From an uncultured Verrucomicrobiae bacterium (GTDB taxonomy: Bacteria; Verrucomicrobiota; Verrucomicrobiia; Chthoniobacterales; Chthoniobacteraceae), in the NCBI GenBank assembly GCA_963836755.1, contig CAWIKF010000001.1, positions 1-64,000 on the forward strand: a stretch of 64,000 nt of DNA, read 5' to 3'. The notes beneath the pieces are model-generated. The model saw only the letters and a program-made list of their open reading frames with translations, was not told the DNA's origin and searched no databases. Positions 29,629 through 38,595 of the stretch are shown here, in pieces; the first letter of the stretch is position 1; each line of letters starts with the position of its first letter. Made by a program: the position numbers and the translations under genes.

Positions 29629-29975
29629 AAAGGTGGGCACCGTAGCGCAAAAGGTGGCCATTGGAATCAAAACGGTCGCCACCGGAACGGAAAAGGTGGC
29701 CACTGGAACGGAAAAGGTGGCCACTGGAACGGAAAAGGTGGCCACCGGAATGGAAATGGTGGCCACCGGAATGGAAATGGTGGCCACTGGAACGGAAAAG
29801 GTGGCCACCGGAATGGAAAAGGTGGCCACCGGAATAGAAATGGTGGCCACCGGAATGGAAATGGTGGCCACTAAAATGAAAAGGTGGCCACTAAAATGAA
29901 AAGGTGGCCACTAAAATGGAAAGGTGGCCACTAAAATGAAAAGGTGGCCACTGGAATGAAAAGGTGGCCACTTTT
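29629..29975. repeat. Tandem array of about 17 units (11 x 21 bp, then 20-bp units) with palindromic core GGTGGCCAC(C/T)
   Basis: Units such as AAAGGTGGCCACCGGAATGGA and AAAGGTGGCCACTAAAATGA read directly; lies between convergent genes. Confidence 0.95.
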
Positions 29976-30070
29976 CGAGAGCAGTTCTGGCAGTTTACTC
30001 TGTAGGGGCGCCGCAAAAGCACCCCGTTCTCCATTCCCAAAGCGGAAAGATGGGAAAATCCCGCGCGCGC

Positions 30071-30841
30071 TCAGTGAACCCAGATGCCGCGATAGACCCG
30101 ACGTGTGCGAACGACCGGCTCGTCATCATCATAGTAATGTCGCACCGGGGGATCTGCGTAAAAGCGACGGTTCGGAAGCAGATCCATATCGGCGAGAGTA
30201 GCCATGTCCAGCCGGCCGGTCTGCGAAAGATCGGCATCGTGTTGGTAGTGAACGATGGCCTTTTGGGTTTCCGCGCTGACGACGCCGTCAACTTCCCCGC
30301 GGAAAAATCCCTCGTGCGCAAGCCGGACTTGCGCCCGTTTGAGCGTGTCGCGCTGGAGAGCGATCGGCGCCTGTGCGTAAGGCGTTTTGCGAAAAAAATC
30401 CGCCAAGTCCGGCTCAGCCGGCACACTCTCCACCTGTTCAATCGGCGCGGAAGATTCCTCTGTGGGCGCGGCTGGCGGGGCGGCCGGTTCGGGATGATTT
30501 CTGAGAAATTCTTCGTCGCTGCGCTTCACGCTTGGCGGCGGTGCAACGGCTGGAGGTGGAGCAGTTTGCCGCACGCTGCCGATTTCATTCGCTGGCGCAC
30601 TCGATGCTCCGATGTGGAGCGCGGCAAGCGTCTCGGCATTTAATTTTCCCGTGACCTCGAGGCCGTTGCGAATCTGATACCGGCGCACGGCGGCGTTCGT
30701 TTCCGTGCCGGGCTCGCCATCGACCAAGCCATAATAAAAGCCCTGATCCTTGAGCGATTGCTGCACCTGCTGCAGTTGTTCATCCGCGTGCAGGCGAGCC
30801 GCGACGAGCATTGAAAGGCAAAGGAGGGAAATTTTTTTCAT
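30071..30841 (-). CDS. Exported protein with two peptidoglycan-binding domains
   Basis: VQQSLKDQGFYYGLVDG..AVRRYQ..GLEVTG and AQVRLAHEGFFRGEVDG..YQ..LSQTGRLD; signal peptide. Confidence 0.88.
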   Translation of the reverse strand: MKKISLLCLSMLVAARLHADEQLQQVQQSLKDQGFYYGLVDGEPGTETNAAVRRYQIRNGLEVTGKLNAETLAALHIGASSAPANEIGSVRQTAPPPAVAPPPSVKRSDEEFLRNHPEPAAPPAAPTEESSAPIEQVESVPAEPDLADFFRKTPYAQAPIALQRDTLKRAQVRLAHEGFFRGEVDGVVSAETQKAIVHYQHDADLSQTGRLDMATLADMDLLPNRRFYADPPVRHYYDDDEPVVRTRRVYRGIWVH

Positions 30842-30895
30842 GAAAAGACTCACATGATGGACGCAATGCGGCTGGCGCTATTCAAAGGCGCCGCG

Positions 30896-31660
30896 TCAGT
30901 TTTTCTCGATGCTCGCAAGCTTGGCCGGCCCGGCTGGATGGCGTGAGGTGCGAATGTAATTCACGATTCCATCGGCGATGGAATTTGCCAGCCGCTGCCG
31001 GTAATCGGCCTCCTGCAAAAGTTGATTCTCGAGCGGATTGCTGATGAAACCGGCCTCCACCAGCGCCGCCGGCGCGCGCGTGTGCCGCACGACGTAGAGC
31101 GCTTTGCTTTTGATGCCGCGGTTTACCGCGTCCATGCGCATGACGAGTGAGGCCTGGATGAAACCAGCGAGCGATTCGCCATTGTCGAGCTCCGGCGTAT
31201 TCGCGTCGCGGAAGAATCCGAACCACGTCCACTCCTGCCCCGGCGGCATTTTTTGATCGGCATAAAACGTCTCCGCGCCACTCACCGCGGACGAGCTCGA
31301 CTGATTGAAGTGGATGCTCACGAAGAGCGCGTTGTCGATTTTGTTCGCGATCGCGACCCGTTGGGAAAGCGGGACGTAATGATCGTCGCGCCGGGTCAGG
31401 GCAGTTTTGACGCCGAGGGTTTCCAATGTTTTTTCCAGCCGCAGCGCGATGTCGAGCGTCATGTCCTTCTCGGCGAGATGGAAAAATTCCGTCCCTTCAT
31501 CAACCCCGCCGTGCCCGGGATCGATCACCACCGTTGGCACTCCGTCGGCCGAAGTCGGCTGCCGGCTGCGCGCCACCTGCGAACCAAAATCCGGCACGAT
31601 GACAAACGAGAAGCAGCCGAGAAAAACGACCAAGCCAACGCATGGAAGGCACCGCCTCAT
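30896..31660 (-). CDS. N-acetylmuramoyl-L-alanine amidase (Amidase_3)
   Basis: VIDPGHGG, EK, LTRRDD, FVSIHFN, LVEAGFISN. Confidence 0.92.
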   Translation of the reverse strand: MRRCLPCVGLVVFLGCFSFVIVPDFGSQVARSRQPTSADGVPTVVIDPGHGGVDEGTEFFHLAEKDMTLDIALRLEKTLETLGVKTALTRRDDHYVPLSQRVAIANKIDNALFVSIHFNQSSSSAVSGAETFYADQKMPPGQEWTWFGFFRDANTPELDNGESLAGFIQASLVMRMDAVNRGIKSKALYVVRHTRAPAALVEAGFISNPLENQLLQEADYRQRLANSIADGIVNYIRTSRHPAGPAKLASIEKN

Positions 31661-31777
31661 GGCCAAAGTCTGGCACTTTTTGCGCGGAAAAGCAAAGTGC
31701 ACATTTTTGCGCCGCAGAAAGTCGCGCGCGCCGCGCCTTGCTTCGCGCAGGCCGCTTGCCGATTCTTCCTCGCGCGC

Positions 31778-33004
31778 ATGATGCACGGAAACAATTTCTA
31801 CAACGCGTTCGACATCGCGATGTATCCCGAGCCCCGCGCGCGGCGTCCGGGCACGGATGAGCGCCACGAATTTCAAGTCGATCGCGACCGGATTATTTTC
31901 TCCGCGGCGTTCCGGCGGCTGCAATCAAAGACGCAGGTTTTCCATTCCGGCGAATACGATTTTTACCGCACGCGCCTCACGCACTCGCTCGAGGTCGCGC
32001 AAATCGGCCGCGGCATCTGCCAGCATCTCCGCCACAGCTCCGGGTTTTTGCGCGCGGATTTTTTCATCGATCCCGATCTCGTCGAGGCGTGCGGCCTCGC
32101 CCACGACATCGGCCATCCGCCCTTCGGCCACGCCGGCGAAACCGCGCTTCACGAATGCATGCGCGCGCACGGCGGATTCGAGGGAAACGCGCAAACGCTG
32201 AGGATTTTGACGAGCCTCATTTTCGGCATCGATGGCGGGATGAAGCCGACGCGCGCGCTGCTCGACGGCGTTCTGAAATACAAATGCTTGTTCAGTGAAC
32301 AGAAAGCCGAATCCGCGAAGTTTCTCTATCCCGAGCAGGCGGAAATCGTCGCGTGGGTCCTCGACGGCGGCGACGAAAATTTGCGCAGCATCGAATGCCA
32401 GATCATGGATTGGGCCGACGACGTCGCCTACGGCCTCATGGACATCGTCGACGGCGTGAACGCAAATTTCATCACGCTCGATCGCATCGAACGCTGGCGC
32501 CGCACGCAGCCGACGAGCGATTTCGAGAATGAAATCCTCGATGAACTTTGCACCGTGATGCGCGAGGGGAAACTCGACCGCGTCTTTGCGCGGCGCGTCG
32601 GCGATTGCATCTGCGCGACCAAACTTTCACGCCATGAAAATGGGCTGAGCGTCCGCACAAACCGCCACGCATATGCGCTGCAAATCGACGAGGTGCAGCG
32701 GACGCGGATCAAATTTTACAAGCGTCTCGCCGTTGAACTGATCTTCCGGACGCCGCAGATCAAACAGCTCGAATTCAAAGGCCGCCGCATTCTCACGGAA
32801 CTTTTCCGCGCGCTGCTCGAAAACTATGAGCAGCCGTCGCCGGCGAGTCTGCTGCCGCCGGAGATCGAGGCGAAAGTCGCCGCCGATTCCGCGCCGCGCG
32901 AACGCATCCTGTGCGACTATCTTTCGGCGATGACCGACGCCGGCGTCATTCGGATTTATCGCCGCCTTTTCGATCCCGAGTTCGGCTCGATCCTCGATCT
33001 TTAA
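31778..33004 (+). CDS. dgt: dNTP triphosphohydrolase (dGTPase)
   Basis: DRDRI..FRRLQSKTQV, RTRLTHSLEV, AHDIGHPPFGHAGE, FEGNAQ, MDWADD. Confidence 0.93.
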   Translation: MMHGNNFYNAFDIAMYPEPRARRPGTDERHEFQVDRDRIIFSAAFRRLQSKTQVFHSGEYDFYRTRLTHSLEVAQIGRGICQHLRHSSGFLRADFFIDPDLVEACGLAHDIGHPPFGHAGETALHECMRAHGGFEGNAQTLRILTSLIFGIDGGMKPTRALLDGVLKYKCLFSEQKAESAKFLYPEQAEIVAWVLDGGDENLRSIECQIMDWADDVAYGLMDIVDGVNANFITLDRIERWRRTQPTSDFENEILDELCTVMREGKLDRVFARRVGDCICATKLSRHENGLSVRTNRHAYALQIDEVQRTRIKFYKRLAVELIFRTPQIKQLEFKGRRILTELFRALLENYEQPSPASLLPPEIEAKVAADSAPRERILCDYLSAMTDAGVIRIYRRLFDPEFGSILDL

Positions 33005-33912
33005 TCAACAGCGCGCCGCAGCCAGATTGATTTCAAATATTGCTCGCCGCGGAAATCCGGCGGCATCGGAGCGCTCCTCATTTTCCACTGCTCCGGGCGC
33101 GCCAATCCCGTGCGGATCAAGCTCTGGAAAGCCTCCGGCGTCAAAGTCCGCTGATTCGTGGAGCAAAAAATCGTGCCGCTCGGCGTGAGATTTTTTTCCG
33201 CGAGCCGCACCAGTTCCGCGAAGTCGGACTCGACGCGAAATACGCGCCCCTTTTCATTGCGTGAGAAAGTCGGCGGGTCGAGAATGATGAGGTCGAAGCG
33301 GCGTCCTTTGCGCGCAAAACGTTCCATCCAGCTTGCGACGTCGCCGTGCAGAAATTGATGCCCGCTCTGCTCAATGTTATTGGAGTCATAGTTTCGCCTG
33401 CCCCACGCGAGATAGTTTTTCGACAGATCGACATTGACCGTTTCCGCTCCACCGAGCGCCGCGCTCACGCCAAAGGCGCAGGTGTAGGCGAAGCAATTCA
33501 AGACGCTCATCCCGCGCGCCATTTCGCGAACCGCCTGGCGGTTGTCGCGCTGGTCGAGAAAAATTCCCTGCGAAGCGCCGGCGGCAAAGTCGATTTCGAA
33601 CTGCGCGCCGTTCTCGCGGATCAAAAACGGCGCATCGATTTTCTCGCCGCCGATCCAGCTCGGCGCAGCATTCTCCCCAAGTTTTTTCCAGTAAATCGCG
33701 AGCGGATCTTTAACGTCGCGCAACCACTCTGGGAATTTCGTTCCGCGCGTTTGCACGAGCCAGCGCCCGGCGAAGTCGTCGATTTCCAAATCTTCAAAAT
33801 CATCCCCGCGTCCGTCCACAATGCGCCAAGCATCGGTATGCGCGCGATTCGCTGCGCGCTTCGCCAAGGCGCGGCCGAGCCGCTCGAACATGGATTGCAA
33901 TCTTTCGGTCAC
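33001..33912 (-). CDS. Class I SAM-dependent methyltransferase (RlmI/RlmK-like)
   Basis: GIFLDQRDNR, VLNCFAYTCAF, VDLS, FDLIILDPPTF, YLK. Confidence 0.88.
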   Translation of the reverse strand: MTERLQSMFERLGRALAKRAANRAHTDAWRIVDGRGDDFEDLEIDDFAGRWLVQTRGTKFPEWLRDVKDPLAIYWKKLGENAAPSWIGGEKIDAPFLIRENGAQFEIDFAAGASQGIFLDQRDNRQAVREMARGMSVLNCFAYTCAFGVSAALGGAETVNVDLSKNYLAWGRRNYDSNNIEQSGHQFLHGDVASWMERFARKGRRFDLIILDPPTFSRNEKGRVFRVESDFAELVRLAEKNLTPSGTIFCSTNQRTLTPEAFQSLIRTGLARPEQWKMRSAPMPPDFRGEQYLKSIWLRRAVD

Positions 33913-33931
33913 CTCTTAAAATTCGCGACGT

Positions 33932-35893
33932 ATGAGTAATCTCACGCTCGATTTAGACGGCGCGGTCGCGATGGGCAAGCTGCTCGAAAGCAGCGCCAAA
34001 AACATCACGCAGCTTCTCGCGCGCAGCAGCTCGCCGGTGGATCGCGAAAGCATCGACGAGCTCGTCGCCGCGGGCGAGTGGGCCGAACTCAACGACCGTT
34101 TTTTCCGCACGCTTGCGTTTGGCACCGGCGGATTGCGCGGACGCACGATCGGCAAGGTCGTCACCGCCGCCGAGCGCGGCACGCCGCAGGCGCTCGGTCG
34201 TCCGGAGTTTCCATGCGTCGGCACGAACGCGATGAACTATTTCAACATCAGCCGCGCCACGCAGGGCTTGATCGCTTATTTAAAAGAATGGTTCTCTCGC
34301 GAAAATCGCGACGGCATTCCGAAAATCGCCATCGCGCATGACACGCGATATTTTTCGCGCGAGTTCGCGGAGCTCGCTGCAAAAGTCGCCACGGAAAACG
34401 GCTGCGACGCCGCGCTCTTCGAGGCGCCGCGCTCGACGCCGGAGCTTTCCTTCGCGGTCCGGCACATCGGCGCGCACGCCGGCGTGGTGCTGACCGCGAG
34501 CCACAATCCGCCGCATGACAACGGCTTCAAATGCTATTTCGCCGACGGTGCGCAAGTCGTGGAGCCGCACGCGAGCCGCATCATCGCAAAAGTTAACGCC
34601 ATCGAATCCGACCTCTATGAAGCGCTCCCGAAATCGGCACAGGGCGCGCTCGAAGTGCTCGGCGAGAAACTTGACGAAGCCTACATGGCGCGACTCGAGA
34701 CGCTCGTGCTCGACCCGGAGATGGTAAAAAACAACGACTTGCGCATTGTTTACACATCGATTCACGGGACCGGCGGTGTGATCATCAAGCCAATGCTGCG
34801 AAAGCTCGGTTTCGACTCCTCCGTCGTGCCCGAGCAGGACGGCTTCGACGGCCGCTTCCCAACCGTCAAATCTCCGAATCCCGAAAACGCCGAGGCGTTG
34901 AAAATGGCCATCGATCTCGCGAAAAAAGTCGCCGCCGACCTGGTGATCGCGACCGATCCCGATTGCGATCGGATGGGCGTCGCGGTGCGCACGACCTCGG
35001 GCGAAATGAAACTCCTCAGCGGAAACCAAATCGGTTCGCTGATGGCGTATTATCGGGCGCGGACACTTTTCGAGCGCGGAATTTTGACGCGCGAGAATGC
35101 GAGCCGCGGCGTGATTATCAAAACTTTTGTCACCACGGATTTGCAAAAAGCCATCGCGCAAAAGTTGGGATTGCGCTGCGTCGAGACGCTCACCGGTTTC
35201 AAATACATCGGCGAAAAACTTGGCAAATACGAAAGGGCACTTCCGCCGGCGGAGCGTGACAATTACTGCTCGCGCGATGAGGCTGAAACCCGCGCGAATC
35301 GGCTTCAGCACTCGAGTTTTTACGTTTTTGGCGGCGAGGAAAGTTATGGCTACAGCGGCGCCGATTTCGTTCGCGACAAGGATGGAAACGGTGCGGCCGT
35401 GATGTTCGCCGAAGTCGCGGCATACGCAAAATCGCGCGGGCTGACGCTCGATCAATTGCTCGATGAAGTTTTCGCGGAGTTTGGTTTTTACGCGGAAAAA
35501 AACGGAGCGCTCACTTTTGAAGGCGCGGAAGGCGCGGCGAAAATCCAGCAACTCGTGCAATCGTATGCCGCGAATCCGCCGCAGCAGCTCGACGGCGCGA
35601 CGGTGCGCGGCTTGAAAAATTTTGCAGAGGAAAAGTTTTACGATGCGGAGGGCGACGAAATTCCGTCGGAGAAAATGTTGATGATCGAATTGGAAGATGG
35701 CCGCCGCGCCGCGGTTCGGCCGTCGGGCACGGAGCCGAAAATTAAGTTCTACCTTTTCGCGCATCGCGAGCCGCCGGCCGGTCGCAACTTTTCTGCGGAC
35801 GAACTCGTGAATGTGAAGGAGCAGGTGGCGAGCTCGCTCGATTCATTGTGGAGCGCGATTCAATCGGACGCAGACGCGCGCGTGCAGGGCTGA
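33932..35893 (+). CDS. Phosphoglucomutase/phosphomannomutase
   Basis: FGTGGLRG, TASHNP, DPDCDR, GEESYG, RPSGTEPKIKFY. Confidence 0.94.
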   Translation: MSNLTLDLDGAVAMGKLLESSAKNITQLLARSSSPVDRESIDELVAAGEWAELNDRFFRTLAFGTGGLRGRTIGKVVTAAERGTPQALGRPEFPCVGTNAMNYFNISRATQGLIAYLKEWFSRENRDGIPKIAIAHDTRYFSREFAELAAKVATENGCDAALFEAPRSTPELSFAVRHIGAHAGVVLTASHNPPHDNGFKCYFADGAQVVEPHASRIIAKVNAIESDLYEALPKSAQGALEVLGEKLDEAYMARLETLVLDPEMVKNNDLRIVYTSIHGTGGVIIKPMLRKLGFDSSVVPEQDGFDGRFPTVKSPNPENAEALKMAIDLAKKVAADLVIATDPDCDRMGVAVRTTSGEMKLLSGNQIGSLMAYYRARTLFERGILTRENASRGVIIKTFVTTDLQKAIAQKLGLRCVETLTGFKYIGEKLGKYERALPPAERDNYCSRDEAETRANRLQHSSFYVFGGEESYGYSGADFVRDKDGNGAAVMFAEVAAYAKSRGLTLDQLLDEVFAEFGFYAEKNGALTFEGAEGAAKIQQLVQSYAANPPQQLDGATVRGLKNFAEEKFYDAEGDEIPSEKMLMIELEDGRRAAVRPSGTEPKIKFYLFAHREPPAGRNFSADELVNVKEQVASSLDSLWSAIQSDADARVQG

Positions 35894-35909
35894 GTGCGTT
35901 TGATTTTAC

Positions 35910-36221
35910 ATGTCACTCGAAATCCATCTCGACGGCGGCGAAGTGCAGATGATCAAGGCACTCGGCACGAGCGGCTCAAATGTCGATGGCGAGACGCTGA
36001 TCGAGCGCGTGAGCGGCGTGGAGGAGGCTGAGTTTATCGACACGCTGCAGGGGCTCATCACGATGGGATATGTGCTCACGGACAAAAATTCGCTGCATTC
36101 TTATGAGGACGTGAAGCACGGGACTTTTCACGTCAATTCCGGCTATGCAAAGGCGCTTCGCGAAGCCGTCGATCCGCGTTTTCGCCCGCAGACAAAAAGC
36201 CGGCGCGTGCGTCGCGAATGA
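35910..36221 (+). CDS. Small conserved hypothetical protein
   Basis: 103-aa ORF tightly packed between the PGM gene and lnt, with an ATGA overlap. Confidence 0.7.
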   Translation: MSLEIHLDGGEVQMIKALGTSGSNVDGETLIERVSGVEEAEFIDTLQGLITMGYVLTDKNSLHSYEDVKHGTFHVNSGYAKALREAVDPRFRPQTKSRRVRRE

Positions 36222-37849
36222 CCGCCACGGCTGCGGAACGCCGCACGCCGTGGGGACGTTGCAAAGAGCTTTGGCCGTGGCTCGCGGCCACGTTCAGCGG
36301 CGTGTCGCTCGCGCTCTGCTATCCGCGTTTCGACCAATCCTGGCTTTGCTGGATCGCGCTCACGCCGCTCATTTGCGCCGTCTGGTTTTCGCGCCCGCCA
36401 GCGCGTCGTTGCTGGTTGCGCAACGTTGCTCTCGGTCAGCTCACGGGCATGGTTTTTTTTTCGATCACCTTCGGCTGGCTGAGTTCTCTCGGGACTTTAT
36501 TTGAAAATTTCTGGCTGCACCTTTTGCCGGAGCTGCTTTCAGTTTACCTCGCGCTTTTTTTTGCGTTTTGGTCGTGGTTCCTCGGCTTACTGCGCGCGCA
36601 AAATTTCCTGAGTTCCTCGCGAAATTTGGGCATCGGCTTTTTGGGAGCAAGCGGGTGGGTCGCGCAGGAATGGACGCGCGGCTGGCTCTTCAGCGGTTTC
36701 GGCTGGAATGGGCTTGGCGTGGCGCTTCACGCAGATTTGGCGATGATCCAGATCACGGAATTTACCGGCGTCAGCGGCATCTCATTTCTCATCGCGTTTT
36801 CAAACGTGATGGCGGTGATTATCGCGCGGCGCATCATCGCGGAAGCCGGTCCCGGATTCTTAAAAAAGTTCCGCTGGGAGTTCAGCGTTTCCGTCGGACT
36901 CATCGTGCTCGTTTTCGCATTCGGCGTGCGCGCGCTTTTGCATCCAGCGAATGAAAAGACGGTCACGCTGCGCGTCGCTGCCGTGCAGCCGGACATCCCG
37001 CAACTGGTTAAATTCGAGTCGCGTTCGGAGCAAAGTTTCGCGCGCGCCGAGGGCGAAATTTTCCGCCAGCTCGACACGCTCACGATGTTCGCCGCGGCGT
37101 CTCAGCCGCAGCTTTTGCTTTGGCCTGAATCTGCGACGCCGCGCGGCATGTTTGGCGACGAGGTGAATTTTAGTTTCGTGCAAAAAGAAGCGCAGCGTGG
37201 CGATTTCGGTCTTCTGCTCGGCACGCTCGATTCTGATTTGCAACGCCAGGAGGATTACAACGTTGCGACGCTGCTGACGCATCGCGGCGAGGATGTTCAG
37301 ACGTATCGAAAAATGCATCTCGTTCCCTTCGGTGAATACCTGCCGCTGCGGCACGTGTTTCCGCTTTTCGCGCTGGTCGCGGGCCAGCTTGTGCCCGCGG
37401 ATTTCACGCCGGGTCGCGAATACACGTTGCTTCAACTTCCGTCGCCGGATGTAAAACTTGCGGCACTGATTTGTTTTGAGGACACCGTCGGCGACCTCGC
37501 GCGTCGGTTTGTTCGCCGCGGCGCGCAATTGCTCGTAAACATCACGAATGACGGCTGGTTTTTGCGCACGGCCGGAGCGGAGCAGCATCTGGCGAATGCG
37601 GTTTTCCGCGCGGTGGAAAATCGGCGGCCGCTGGTGCGCTGTGCCAATACCGGGGCGACTTGCTCGGTCGATTCGTTCGGCCGCGTTTCGCTTTGGCTGA
37701 AATATTTTGAGCGAGGATTTGCTACGCGCGAAATGCAGGTGCCCGTGCAATCGACGCTGACGTTTTACACGCTTCACGGCGAAGTTTTCGCGGTCTTGTG
37801 TGCCTGTGTGACAGGGGTCTACTTGCTCTCGCGGATCAAAGTTCGATGA
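36218..37849 (+). CDS. lnt: Apolipoprotein N-acyltransferase
   Basis: TM region, GFGWNGLG, VQPDIPQ, WPES, YRKMHLVPFGEY, ICFED, TNDGWF, RAVEN, ANTG. Confidence 0.94.
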   Translation: MTATAAERRTPWGRCKELWPWLAATFSGVSLALCYPRFDQSWLCWIALTPLICAVWFSRPPARRCWLRNVALGQLTGMVFFSITFGWLSSLGTLFENFWLHLLPELLSVYLALFFAFWSWFLGLLRAQNFLSSSRNLGIGFLGASGWVAQEWTRGWLFSGFGWNGLGVALHADLAMIQITEFTGVSGISFLIAFSNVMAVIIARRIIAEAGPGFLKKFRWEFSVSVGLIVLVFAFGVRALLHPANEKTVTLRVAAVQPDIPQLVKFESRSEQSFARAEGEIFRQLDTLTMFAAASQPQLLLWPESATPRGMFGDEVNFSFVQKEAQRGDFGLLLGTLDSDLQRQEDYNVATLLTHRGEDVQTYRKMHLVPFGEYLPLRHVFPLFALVAGQLVPADFTPGREYTLLQLPSPDVKLAALICFEDTVGDLARRFVRRGAQLLVNITNDGWFLRTAGAEQHLANAVFRAVENRRPLVRCANTGATCSVDSFGRVSLWLKYFERGFATREMQVPVQSTLTFYTLHGEVFAVLCACVTGVYLLSRIKVR

Positions 37850-38595
37850 AGAGTCTGGTCGTTTCGTTGCACGACGTTTCGCCGCTTTCGCAAGAGGCCT
37901 GCGATAAGATTTTACGGGAATTACACGCGCTCGGCGTGCGGCAGACATCGCTGCTCGTGGTGCCCGATCATCATCATCGCGCGCCTTTTTTGCACCGGCC
38001 GGAATTTTGCTCGTGGCTGGAGGCGCAGCACGCGAAGGGGCATGAAATGGTCATTCACGGTTACTTTCACCAGCGCGCGCGGCGCGGCGGCGAGACAGCG
38101 CGCGCGAAATTTTTCACCCGTTTTTACACGGCGGATGAAGGTGAATTTTACGACATCAGCGAACCCGACGCGCATGAGTTGGTGCGAAAAGCCCGCTACG
38201 AATTTGCGCAGCTCGGACTGCATCCTGTCGGCTTCATCGCGCCGGCGTGGCTTTTAAGCAGCGCCGCGGAGAATGCGCTGCGCGCGCTGCAGCTCGCCTA
38301 CACGACGCGGCTCGGGACGGTGAATGATTTAAAAAACGGCCGCGTTCATCATTCGCAATCGCTCGTCTGGAGCGTGCGCAGCGGCTGGCGGCGCGCAATG
38401 AGCGTGCGTTGGAATGCCGCGCTGCATCAGCGTTTGCGGGCAAATCCGCTTTTGCGCCTGAGCATTCATCCGCCGGATTTTTCGCACGCGAAAATCCGCG
38501 AGCAGATCCGCGCGCTTATTTCCCGCGCGCTTGCAGACCGCAAGGCGATCACCTATCACGACTGGGTCGCCGGGACGCGCGACTCCTCCTCATGA
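37846..38595 (+). CDS. DUF2334 polysaccharide deacetylase-like protein
   Basis: VSLHDVSP, HGYFH, EGEF, GFIAPAWL, LRLSIHPPD. Confidence 0.85.
   Translation: MKSLVVSLHDVSPLSQEACDKILRELHALGVRQTSLLVVPDHHHRAPFLHRPEFCSWLEAQHAKGHEMVIHGYFHQRARRGGETARAKFFTRFYTADEGEFYDISEPDAHELVRKARYEFAQLGLHPVGFIAPAWLLSSAAENALRALQLAYTTRLGTVNDLKNGRVHHSQSLVWSVRSGWRRAMSVRWNAALHQRLRANPLLRLSIHPPDFSHAKIREQIRALISRALADRKAITYHDWVAGTRDSSS

Noticed and set aside
29371..29899. Repeat-peptide ORFs (VATGTEK / VATFSVP)
   Set aside because: They are translations of the DNA array, overlap the SGNH gene and lose frame at the 20-bp units.
29629..29975. CRISPR array
   Set aside because: Units are contiguous 20-21 bp tandem copies without unique spacers, and no cas genes are present. 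The same applies to the arrays at 41055 and 61212.
31253..31924. Long overlapping N-terminal extensions of dgt and the amidase
   Set aside because: Recognisable sequence begins at 31778 (+) and 31660 (-); the extensions are mutual antisense read-through.
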